Below, in pieces: positions 27,501 to 37,300 of a stretch of DNA of 46,663 nucleotides. A program made the position numbers and the translations under genes. How positions within the stretch are numbered: the stretch's first letter is position 1; every line of letters begins with the position of its first letter. Source of the stretch: Thraustochytrium aureum (Eukaryota); the NCBI GenBank assembly GCA_012862495.1, contig BLSG01000435.1, positions 24,937 to 71,599 on the forward strand, read 5' to 3'. Under the pieces are notes generated by a model. That model ran no database searches. It was given only the letters and a program-made list of their open reading frames with translations, and had not been told where the DNA came from.

Positions 27501-28051
27501 CTGCATACGGTCTCGCGGTCGCGGCACGGCAATTCAAAGGGAGCATGGACGCGACGATGGCAACGGACTGCATGGGGGCCCTCTTGGGGGCCATTCAGTT
27601 TGCGAGCACTACCGCAGAGCTCGCGGTGGAGCTGGGACCTGCATTGGACAACGCGCGCGCCGCGCTTGGCAAGGTCTTGCGTTTCGGCCCGCTCGGGTTA
27701 TTTGCAGCTGCGGACGGGCCGTGGAGCGCTGCTGTCCAAGCGTGGCTCTCGGGGTTCCCGTTCAGAGACGATCCGGCAGAGGCTCCTAGCGCGGTGTCCG
27801 ATTTGTTGTGGCTTATGGACCACAATCCAGCTGTGCTCGATGCGGCGCGAGGAAAGGCGGTCCTCGCTCTCGGAGTTGCACTCTCGGATGCGGAATCGTT
27901 CATTCACTGCGACGACCTCGCTCGCTCCGCCGAAAAGATGCGGCGAATACGGGCTGGCGACAACAACGTGTGGCAAGGATTGGCCAGAGCTCTGACCGCC
28001 CAGCAGCTCGCTGCGGTTGTGGCCGTCCTCGACGCTTCTAGCTCAAGCTAG
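24569..28051 (+). CDS. Importin-5/karyopherin-beta3-like HEAT repeat protein (divergent); gap 24767-24814 is probably spurious
   Basis: LLDGLQSSQNEPRVAAE..L, QWPELLQ, RVLAMEALVTLCEQAPAAMR, WTARHAAVQACGRICE, DASPKVRFASANALG, QGAAYGLAVAA, DNARAALGK, WLSGFPFRDDPAEA. Confidence 0.8.
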   Translation: MDSLAQTQTAVDSAHLVALLDGLQSSQNEPRVAAEAALDAIPAVASAVGLARLAREHRDPSYRLAAXXXXXXXXXXXXXXXXEHRDPSYRLAALVVLGAVLVGRGGYYELEDDPAQAHVFARILDGLAHEPVWAVRRALAHLAGQLAEMLEPQAQWPELLQATATLLRALDTPGRLAGLLVAKYVPEGLVSVLAQDGLEPLADALLGCLRFHQEPRVQAGAVELLTAMSPFVLGFDRPALRSLVPAMLCVMEESAANPDGALAPFLQSLVELYQANARLVARAGSTGTETVRRLVAVVDAVSLGAGCRVLAMEALVTLCEQAPAAMREMRFANGPEFSHAFGESLFRALINDAPEATPAWANSNDDYEGGECGDDHQGDRDGRCACAAAAALGRLCDPDSLGPAVVAPLVIRFSQECLAQATWTARHAAVQACGRICEALGCAPPHDEWQQAGPDQFVGLNGGQTEAVVDQVTAWCVSLAKSDASPKVRFASANALGTLCAVFPRRACGSAPLLGALDASTRDRIPRIRARACDAIQALADSSLGEEHSALAGMLVAVQAAFDEGPLIVQEAALSALFSLARLPGLRVSIAQAYQPWRTRLAREVAHGAGGHRSKALRERAAACLAALAAASDSAGAQQDCVELTGALESWQGDQDSASRPGLFEAWEMVATCLGPHFAPKLALLLPRLAATCCLQVHYDEDFAPVRSSQVDEKIRAFSLLHRISASVGVGLALHGRSVLAIAQSQVAEDPEPEVRILAAGLMPLIVAAAIGGEAGPHSLTGAQAIAASMMSLLAQLERDEDPEVALGLVASLRDVMLAARAQGRQVKVELKQLCSKLAGRLRRSIHQRELLRAQLTIDCGRGGLDEDAREALARGDRLEDDLRFEIVDALCAMAGEFRDEFAESFVDEVLELVLDLANPGRLLQDRSTSLYLIIEVLEHCAEGPRIRAVLSDVVDVLVENLRPDALGAGANDVMQGAAYGLAVAARQFKGSMDATMATDCMGALLGAIQFASTTAELAVELGPALDNARAALGKVLRFGPLGLFAAADGPWSAAVQAWLSGFPFRDDPAEAPSAVSDLLWLMDHNPAVLDAARGKAVLALGVALSDAESFIHCDDLARSAEKMRRIRAGDNNVWQGLARALTAQQLAAVVAVLDASSSS

Positions 28052-28384
28052 CTAGCTAGAGAGAGTGCGCTCACAGCACGGTCTGCGTGGAGGAGCCCTG
28101 GAGGCCAACGGATACTTTTGGTTTCAAAATGGAAGGCAGGCTGTCAGACAGACAGTCAGACAGACAGACAGACATTGCAGCAGCTGACCTGCCGTTGGCA
28201 GCGCACGGGGCTGTCAGACACCCGCCCTGGGCCTGCGTTGCATCGCGCGAGCTCAAGGAGCGCGGGGGGGGGGGGGGTCGCGGAGCGGTTGGCGGCAAGC
28301 GAGTTTTGCGTCGTTGAGCACTGGTACCAACGGCCGCCGCGAGCTGGCTTGCGCTGTGCGCAAGGCCAACTGAGCTTGGCAGAG

Positions 28385-31260
28385 ATGGACGAGCAAGGGC
28401 CAGAGACAGCAAGCGCTGCGGAAAGCGTGGGGAGCGCTGGCGGGCGGCGGAAGACGGGGTGCTCCGGAGCGGTCGAGTCGCTTGGCGGACTCCGAGAGTC
28501 CCTGTTTCGGGCCTATAGCCCAGTCACGGCGACAAAGTGGGTCGAGTTTGTAAAAGACTGCGGGGCGGTTACCGTGACAACAGTCGCCACTGTCAACATC
28601 TTTGACGCGAGCCGGAAGCGGCGCTTGGAGCGCCTTGCACGCCGCGAAGCAAAAGAGCGCCGGCAACAGTCGTTGAGCTCGCGCCGCTCTGGCGACGCGC
28701 GGGAAGAGGTCGAGTGTGGGCCTTCACGGCGGAAAGCCAGGCAGACCGCCCGTGATGCGGGTGAGGAGCTTACGCTGGACGAATTCGGCTGCGCAGTCCA
28801 CAAGCTTGCCCACCACGTGTACGACAGGACACCGGGGGCCTGCGCAAAATTTGGCTACTTGCACCTGCTCCCGCTCGCTAGCCGTGGTGCGGTGCCTTTC
28901 CACGTCATCTCCTTTGCAGAAAGAGCACTCGTTCGCTGGCGCGAGGCGAAGGAAACCAAGGCCGGACTGCAAGACCTGTTTAACCGCTTTGCTCAGCGCG
29001 GCGGGCAGCTCACGATGAAAGGCTGGCAAAGCCTGCTACGCTCGACGGGGGTCTTCCCGGAGCACCTCACGCTGGTTGCTCTCCAAGATGCCTTCTTCGA
29101 GACCCTGCTGGAGTGCGCTTGGGAGGACCCTGTTTGCAACGCCGTTAAGGAGGGACCGATACTCAAGCTGGCTCTCAATCTTGCTCTTTTTGTCGAGTGC
29201 TTGTGCCGCGCGTTCACAAAAGCAACTTGCTTCCGCCCTGGCGGGTCCGCAAGCGCGCTCGTACGTCTGATGGACCAGTTCTTGTTCCCGCGCCGCTTTC
29301 TTCGGATGTTCAAGCGCGCTCAGGCGCGAAAGCAAGCGCCTGCCCGCGACAAGGGCCAACTAGCATGTGCCGGCGACACGTCTTCTGAGTTTGAAAACAG
29401 CGATGGAGAGGACGAGGACTGTCTCTCGGTGCACAGCCTGTCGTCCAGCGCAAGCAACGCTCCCGCTACACAAAACGCCGCCCCTGGGCGACGCGGCGCG
29501 AACCGCCGAGAGCGACCGACAGTGCGGCGCGAGCCTGGCACAGCTGCGGAGCGCTGGTTTCAAAGCTTTGTGGACTCTTGCACAGATCCTGACAAGCGCA
29601 AGGTGGCACGGCTGGAGTTACTCGAATTCATACGCAGCGGGGGTCTAGGGCGCGCCGAACGTGCCAAACTCAGCTCTAGGGGCGCCCTGGTCGGTGCGGG
29701 AGCTCCGCTCACCCGGGCTTTGAGCCTCCTCTCCAAGCCGCAGCGCGAATTGGAGCTGAACTGCATCCGCGTGGAGCAGGCCGTCCAAGCCAACCAGCTT
29801 CGACAGGAAGGCCGGCGACAGCGGTCCTCGTGCGCGCAGCAGCCGCGAGGGAAAGCGCCAAGCGGTTTTGTTTCGGCTGAAGAGCACTCCGTCGTGCTAA
29901 CCAAGCTGCAAGCGCTAGAGGAGGCCCTAGATATTGGAGGGATCGGGGATCTCGACTGGGACGGCACCCTGGACGATGCCGAGGCGAAAATGAAGGATCT
30001 CTTGCCTGGCCTCATGAGCGACGACGCCAAGGAGCAGATGGAGGCCCAGAACAAGTTTGAGGTCCTCGACAGAATTGTGCGCAACCACAAGGACTACAAG
30101 GACCGGGAACGCAAGAAGAAAGAAAAGTGGGAAGAGGAAAACCTGGACAAGAACCGCGTCGCCCTCGAGGAGTTGCAGGCGATATTTCCGCAATGTATCG
30201 CGCAGGGAACTGCGATGCATGACCTGACTGAGGTTTTCAAGCTGCCCCCGGCACTGGCGAAGCGCGTTTTCCAAAGGAAGGCGCTTCGCATCGTTCACAT
30301 GGACCAAGCAGAAATTGCACGCATGCACGTGGCCGACCTCACTGGGACGTTCTCAACGCAAGGGCTCGACTTGCGCGAGCTCCGCGCCGTGTACTCGAAA
30401 CTCCCTGCCGAGTTCGGTGCCGACGGGGATGGAAAAAAGGGCGCTTGGAAGGAGGGCGTACTGAGTCAGTTGCAGGCTTTGGTCAAGAAGGCCGAAGACG
30501 GGACCCTCCCCAAACACCAAGCCATCAACCCGGCCTACTCGGCGCGAGTGCCTGGCGTTGGCACCGCCTCGTCGGACGCTGGGCCAAGCCCCGCTCCGTC
30601 TGCCCCGCCGCGCCTGAAGCTGATGGCAAAGACGAGCAGTGCCCTAGCCTCAAAACAAGCTATGCTTGCAGCTATGCTTGGCGGCGACCGGCGCGCCCCG
30701 ATGCCGCCTGTCGAACCTGTTGAACCTAGCGAGGATGATAGCTTGGCAAGTCCTGGCTCTCACCGGGCTCGTCCGACGCGCAGGACGACAGTGTCAACCA
30801 TCTCCCCGCAGTCGCCGATGGAGGCGCTCAAGGTGGCGCTTGCGAAACGTCGCGCTTCCCTTCCGCCAGAGATTCGTGGCGAGGAGGCGCAACCAATAGT
30901 CTCGGGCGAAAAGAAAGCGCTCATGCGCCTTGCGCGTTCAAGCTCGATCTCTGCCATCGTGCGCAAGTGCCAGGAGGACGATGCCGGCGCCGATCCGTTC
31001 GAGGAATGTGACCCGGTGATCTCCATGTGCGCCGGCCCAAGTCGTTGCGAGCGCAACGGCAGCACAAGTTCTGGAACGCTGGGCGAGGACGGGAGGAGGA
31101 GAAAGGTGTGGATGACAAGGATGTTGAGGAGCGACGAGGAGCGGCAGGGTTGGTCCAGGCAAGAAAGGCTTCGCCGGACAACTCGCCAACGAGTCCGCAG
31201 TCGCTGCTTGGCGAGCTCAACGCGGTGCTTCGCATGCGCTCGCTGTCGTCGTCGCAGTAG
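28385..31260 (+). CDS. Hypothetical protein: degenerate EF-hand-like N-half, coiled coil and a conserved-looking helical domain; apparent frameshift near 31012
   Basis: Long ORF with ELTLDEF, LQDLFNRFA...LTMKGWQSLLRSTGV and GLDLRELRAVYSKLP.EF..DGDGKKGAWK. The -1 frame gives a more protein-like end (SPQSLLGELNAVLRMRSLSSSQ*, stop at 31260). Confidence 0.7.
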
Positions 31261-31883
31261 GTAGTACCTACACCATTCTCAGACTCAAAAATCACATGTA
31301 CCCACTCGGATGATGTCATGAGCGACATCAAAGTTGTTGTCTGGAAGGTATGACCGAGTGCGACGATGACGCAATTGGTGCTTGTGGAGGGAGGACATTA
31401 CCATCTCGAAAGGGCAGACACAAGCGAGGCGCAGCGGCATGGCTGTGGCGACCCTTCTGCTCGCAAGCCAGCATGAAGCCTTGCGCATCTCGAAAGTGCT
31501 CTTCAGGCCTGTTTTGATTCATGAGTCCGAGGGCCTTTGACGCCGCGTGCCGCGTGCCGCCGGTGCAGGAGAGCACGAGTCTACCTTTGCAACCTCGGAG
31601 TGCACTCTTCCGCAAACCCTACCTGGCGACGCAAGCGCATTCGAGCAAGTGTTGCGCACTGATCTGACTTGCCTCGGAAGGCGAGCTTGCATCGTACGAG
31701 CTCGACGCGGTCAGGTTAGACAGTCAGTCCCCTATCCGAGGGCCGCAAGCGCTCGCTGCCAAGAAGAAATTCTCTTTTCCAACAGCAGCCTTTCGACCAA
31801 GCGACAGACAGGCGACGAAGGGACGCTGAGAAAGGACCAACAAGCCCGCTGAGATTAGGCGATCTTCAAAACCGCCGACAAGA

Positions 31884-33774
31884 ATGGGCCGCATCGCGCT
31901 CATTGTTGGCGGGACGGGCATGGCGGCTTGCGAACTCGCACCTCACCTCCTCGACGACTTTGTCGGCGAAGAGGCGTTTGAAAAGGTGGCTGTCCTCGCG
32001 CTTGGAATTACCGAGCAGACGTTCGCTGGCAAGTCGAAGCGGCCGGTGCTCCCCCTCACGGGCGCCAACCTGAACGAGCGGGCGAGCATCGCGAGCGCAC
32101 TGCGTGAGCACGAGATGACGGGCGTCACGCACGTGTACTGGTTTCTGGACGCGAACCGGCCGCCCAAGCTTGCGAACGCCGTGGCCATGCGCCGCCTACT
32201 CGGCGTTTCCGACAGCCTTCAAAGCGGCGTTCGTCCCGTCCTTAACGCTGCCCCCAAGGCTATCAAAGACAAGGTGTTCGGCACGCTGGCGTACATGGCC
32301 GGAAGCGGTCCACAGCCGCGAAACATCGACTGGCTCACAAATATGTTTTGGGCCCTCGAGCAAGTGGGCGCCCCGCTAGCCAACTTCACCATGGGGACTG
32401 GCGGCAAGCACTATGGCATGCATCTGGTAAGTTCATTGCTGTTTCGAGCGAGCGAGCGGCGGCGAAACCGATCCCCGAAAGTTGATAGCTGACTTTCCGC
32501 GACGACCTGACGCGATGCGCGATGCGCGTCCGTGCAGGGCCCAAGCCTGATGGCCGGGTACGCGACACCGTTTGAGGAGGACAAGCACAAATGCGACGGC
32601 CCTCTGTCGTACTTTGAGATGCAGGACTTTCTCGAAGCGGAAGCAGCGCGCCTCGGTTTCACCTGGACCGTCCTCAGACCAACGTTCATCATCGGCCAGT
32701 GCCCAGAGATGACCAACACAACGCAGAGTTTCGGGCTTGTCTTCGCGGTGTACGCCAGCATCCTCAAAGCACAGGGCCGGCCGCTGATCTTCCCCGGTGG
32801 CGTCGGGAGCTGGAACGCTAAAATCCAACTTTCCACCTCGCGCAAAATCGCCGAGGTTGCTGCCTGGGCGTCAACCGGTTCAGCAAGCGGACTTTCTCGC
32901 GGTGGCCGTGGCCCTTATGGAGACCCGGACCGCGAGGCAGTCGAGAATCAGGCCTTCAACGTTGTTNNNNNNNNNNNNNNNNNNNNNNNNNNNNNNNNNN
33001 NNNNNNNNNNNNNNNNNNNNNNNNNNNNNNNNNNNNNNNNNNNNNNNNNNNNNNNNNNNNNNNNNNNNNNNNNNNNNNNNNNNNNNNNNNNNNNNNNNNN
33101 NNNNNNNNNNNNNNNNNNNNNNNNNNNNGAATCAGGCCTTCAACGTTGTTTCTTGTGGGGAGTTTAGCTGGGGCGAGGTTTGGCACGAGCTTGCTCAGGC
33201 GCTCAAGATGCCCCCGGGCGGTGCGCCAAAGTCCAGTTCCGGGACTCTGTGCCTCGATGTGCTTGGGGGCGAGAAAGAGGCCATCAAAGTTTGGAAGCGG
33301 ATCGTCGAAGAGAACGGTCTGCAGGACCTGGGCTTTAACCAGGTGTTCAACGCCGACTTTCTCGACAAGTCGTTCACAGCTACCTGTAAGTTTCGCTCTA
33401 GCGCTAGCTAGAGAGTCAGGGCCGAAAGTACTCAACGCAGTGTTGGGTTTGCCAAAGACGTTTGCTTGGCTGACAGCGTGGAATGTCCGCGCGCCGCTTT
33501 TGTTTTCATTGGCATGATTTCTCTACGACCAGGGGACTCGCAGTTTTCAACCCGCAAGCTCCAAGCGGCTGGGTATCCCAAGGACCAGGTTGTCGAAGCG
33601 TCGTCGCCCGTCACGCTCCTCTTGGATCTGTTTTCGCAGCTTACTCGCGAACAGATAGTGCCTGCTTTCGACGCTGTTTCGACGGGTGCGCCGTCGCCGC
33701 AGCAGCGCTCGGGCCGCCTCTCTGCGCGGCTTTCGGCCATGTTTTCCAAGCGGCAGTCCCTGCCGATGGCGTGA
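31884..33774 (+). CDS. PRISE/VEP1-like atypical short-chain reductase (progesterone 5-beta-reductase/iridoid synthase-like); exons 31884-32426, 32538-33385, 33533-33774
   Basis: ALIVGGTG, GVTHVYW, GTGGKHYGMHL|GP (joined by splicing), FTWTVLRPTFIIG, PLIFPG, NQAFNVV, FSW.EVW..LA, and spliced T-W-DSQFSTRKLQAAGY. Confidence 0.88.
32427..32537 (+). other. Spliceosomal intron 1 of the PRISE-like gene (111 bp, phase 0)
   Basis: ctg|gtaagt...ctgac...gtgcag|ggc. Removal restores KHYGMHLGP. Confidence 0.9.
33386..33532 (+). other. Spliceosomal intron 2 of the PRISE-like gene (147 bp, phase 1)
   Basis: t|gtaagt...gctgac...tttt...ccag|gg. Removal restores a Trp codon and WD...S..K....G. Confidence 0.85.
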
Positions 33775-34042
33775 TCTGGAGAGCAGCACCCTCAGGCTTC
33801 TCCAGTAGTACTTTGCCTCCGCACCCCCATACACTTTTCTTTTTTTCAATCTCGACCTGGCCCGAAGCAGCCCTAGATTGGGCCTCTGCACCGAACGAAC
33901 CAGGCCATCGGTGCGCTCGGCTCGTGCTTGTCGGTCTTTCGCTCCCGCGAGTCGAGGCTGCGAGGAAGTGATGAACGTTCAACTCGACCTCAACACCGAG
34001 TCTTGTGCGATGGAGTTGGTAAGTGGAGGAGAGCACCAACCG

Positions 34043-34070
34043 GTACTCTACTTACTCGGTAGTAGAGTAC
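34043..34070. promoter_or_regulatory. Intergenic inverted repeat (10-bp stem, 8-nt loop), TpA-rich; function unknown
   Basis: gtactctact (34043-34052) and agtagagtac (34061-34070) are exact reverse complements. Confidence 0.45.
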
Positions 34071-34300
34071 TGAGGGGTACCCTAAGAACGTACGTTGACG
34101 CCGAACGCGGGTTTGCTCGTTGCGTCCCAAAACGGAAAACCACAACGCGTCGAGCACAAGCAAGAGCTGCCAGCCAGACTGCTGCCCGCCCGCCTGCCTG
34201 CCTACTGCGGTGCCTACGACCCCGCCTCCCAGCGTACGGCTGATCGCTTTTCTGGCGGCGGCGCAACTGCGCGAGCCGACGTGAAGCAAGGTCCTCAGCG

Positions 34301-37300
34301 ATGCGCCAGCTGGCGCTACGCGCGACGGTAGCCGCACTGCTCGTTGCCCAAGGCAGCAACGGGTATCAACTTGACGCTATAGCCCGCGTGGCCGAGGCTA
34401 CGCGAGAGCGGCGGGCCAGCGGGCCAGGCCCAGCCAGGACACCAGGCGACGAGCTCAGCTTTGAAGCGTACGACAGTGGCTTCGTCGGCGAGTATGGCGA
34501 TGGCGCAACTCGAGGGAGAAATCCTGTCAACCAGGGCGGGCAAGTCCGCACGCGAGGAATCCACGGCGAGTTTGCCCCTGGGGTCAAGTTCAACGCTGAG
34601 AACACGACTTTGGGCTTCCTTCCTGGAATCGCCCGCACGAATCAGGTGCTCCGTTTCGAGGCGGAGGGCGTAGCGCCGAGGCAAGTGTGTCCTGGAATGG
34701 TTGGTCCCAAGGCGGATGGAGCATACTATTGCACCAGCGAACTGCACGGGTTTTGCGATCGGCGCTCCGGCATCTGCCACTGTTTCGACGGCTATGACGG
34801 CCTCGATTGCGCCACGTGCCGTGCCACGCACGTTCGTAGTGCGGACTTGACGTGCGCCCCGAAGCGGCTGTGCCCGAGCGACTGCTCTGGGTCCGGTCGT
34901 TGCGATTTTGTGACGGGTGAATGCGCTTGCGAGCCGCACCGCACTGGCTTGGATTGCGCCAAACCGGTTTGCTCCGCGATCGACCCTTTGTGTGTCCTGT
35001 GCGACCCCAATGCTGGGGCGTGTCTGAAGTGCTCCCCAGGTTTTTTCGTCAATTCAGTGAGCGGGGCATGTCTTCCCTGCACGGCGATCGACCCAAGATG
35101 TGTCGAGTGCACAGAGTCGGGTTGCATTGCCTGCGGCGATCCCCTACTCAACTCGGTGAGACGCTCAGGAAAACGGAAGCGGGACTCGACGCTTCCGTTT
35201 GACGAGGAAATGCGCGAGCTGACCTCCAAGTTTGACTTTGGATCGCAAGATGCGCGCTTCTTCGACGAAGCAGAAGCGTTTTTCCTGTCCACCGATCCTG
35301 CGGAGGGGGCCACTCTGGGTTCAAGCGCAGCGCAGTGCGCGCAAGAGCCGGACGCGAGCTGGAGGTGCGAGCCGGCTTTGGAGAGCCATGTTGTGTGTGG
35401 GCATCTTGGCACGCTCCGTTTCTCGTCACCGACATTTGCCGTCTCTGAGGCAGCAGAGGAGGTGCTTATCACCGTCGAAAGAACGGGCGGGGGGCACGGA
35501 CACGTCGTTGTGAGCTATGGACTCCGCCACATTTCAACGACAGACAGCGACGTGGCTGCTACAGCGCGCTACACTTCGTCAACAGAGTTGCACTTCCCCC
35601 CCGGCGTCGTGCGGCTCAGCTTTAAAGTGAGCGTGTTTGATGACAACGATTTGGAGAGCGACGAGATTTTTGAGCTGGAGCTCTTTGATGCGCATGAGCT
35701 TGGAAGCTTTCAGCCCGCATCGATCGGTGCTCAAAGACGGACGCGGGTCACCATCCTGGATGACGACTTTTGGCTGCCTTCCACGGCGAGTAGCCTCATT
35801 ACCGTGGACTCTGTTGAGATGGAGGCTGGCGAGCCCGTGGTTGTTCAGGTCGCCGCCAAAACGGAGACAGGGCTTGTCCCGCACGCAACGGGAGTGGAGG
35901 TTGAACTGCGCGCTCTTGCACTTCTTGCGCTGCGAGGCGACCTCCGATCTTTGAGCTCGCTTGCATTGGCGAGTATAGGATCTTTTGGGACGCTTGGTGA
36001 GAACGCAACGACTACGTTTACGTTGGTGCCAGCAGCAGACTCGGTAGCCGACATACGCGTTGCGTTCGCTCGACAGGGCGGCCTAAGGGGCTCGTACTTT
36101 GCGGACGCAATGGCTCTCGAGTCGACGTTAGCTCGATTGAACAGGCCTCCTGACCTGTCGCGCGTGGACGCGACGGTCAATTTTGTTTGGGGCACAGGTG
36201 ATGTATTCCGTGGCGCCAGCGATTTCGTCTCGGTTCGATGGGAAGGCGGGATTGGTTTGCCGGGGGATCCCAGCGCTGTATTGCCCCCTGTCCTCGTCGC
36301 CTTCGAGGTCCAAGCCAACGACCACGCCAGGCTCTTTGTGGACGGGGCGGCCGTAATCGACCAGTGGGCGACCAGCCCGCTCGGTGCAAGCGCCACTGGT
36401 GTCGCGTGGCTCATACCTGGCATGGTCCACGGACTCATCTTGGACTTCCGCAAGCTTCGAGGCTCGGCGCATGTCCGTTTGCGGTGGAACGCAACAGCGG
36501 ATGGAGCGTCTGTTGGCGCGGGGGCATTTCAAGTCGTCCCTTCGGAGGCGCTTTTCCAACTGGACGAGCTGGCGGCCTCGCCCGTCACGGGCTCTGTCAG
36601 CGCGGCTGCGGCCGACGCTTTGCAGAGCGTGGCACGCGGCGAATGCCTCGCGCGAGCGCAAGCTGGTCGCCAATGTTCGTTCGTACTGCAGCCTCGCGAC
36701 AGGTTTGGGAATCTCCAACGGGACCCCGAGCTGGACACGGTCGAGATCGAGGCCGCCCTTATGGAGCCGAGTGCAGCCGACAACACGCTGGTTGGCTTTG
36801 GGTCTGTCCTCGGCACTGTCGAGGCGTTTGATGAGCAAATCGGTGGCTTGCCCGTGTCTTTTCGGCCTCTGAGCGCCGGCTTGCACGAGCTTTCGGTGCG
36901 CGTCAACGGAACCGACATTCAGGGATCGCCTTTTCGCATGGCTGTCGAGCCCGCTGCGGCGCATGGACCGACCTCTGACTTTTGGGGCGCAGGCGCAGAC
37001 CCAGGCGGGCCGCACGCAGTTGGCGAAGAGGAGGTATTCTGGGTAAAGTTGCGCGACGCGTTTGGGAATATCATCTTGGAGGAAGGAAGCAAGTTGGCTG
37101 GCCTTCTGAGCGTCCATGCGACGCACAAAGAGCCACCCTACGAGACCTATGTTGCGACAACGGAGGCGGAGGCGACGGCTGGGGTCATTGCAGTGCGCTT
37201 CACCGCAGAGCGCTCGGGGCTATATGACCTACATGCGACTGTTGGATGCGATGGGAGAGGCTCACACGGCGTCCAAGCGATCCCATGCACTATAATCGGT

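Noticed and set aside
28142..28172. (caga)n runs here and at about 41168-41185
   Set aside because: Ordinary tetranucleotide microsatellites with no further structure.
32945..33150. 22-bp direct repeat flanking the gap in the PRISE-like gene
   Set aside because: Same contig-overlap artefact. Merging gives ...NQAFNVVSCGEFSW continuously.
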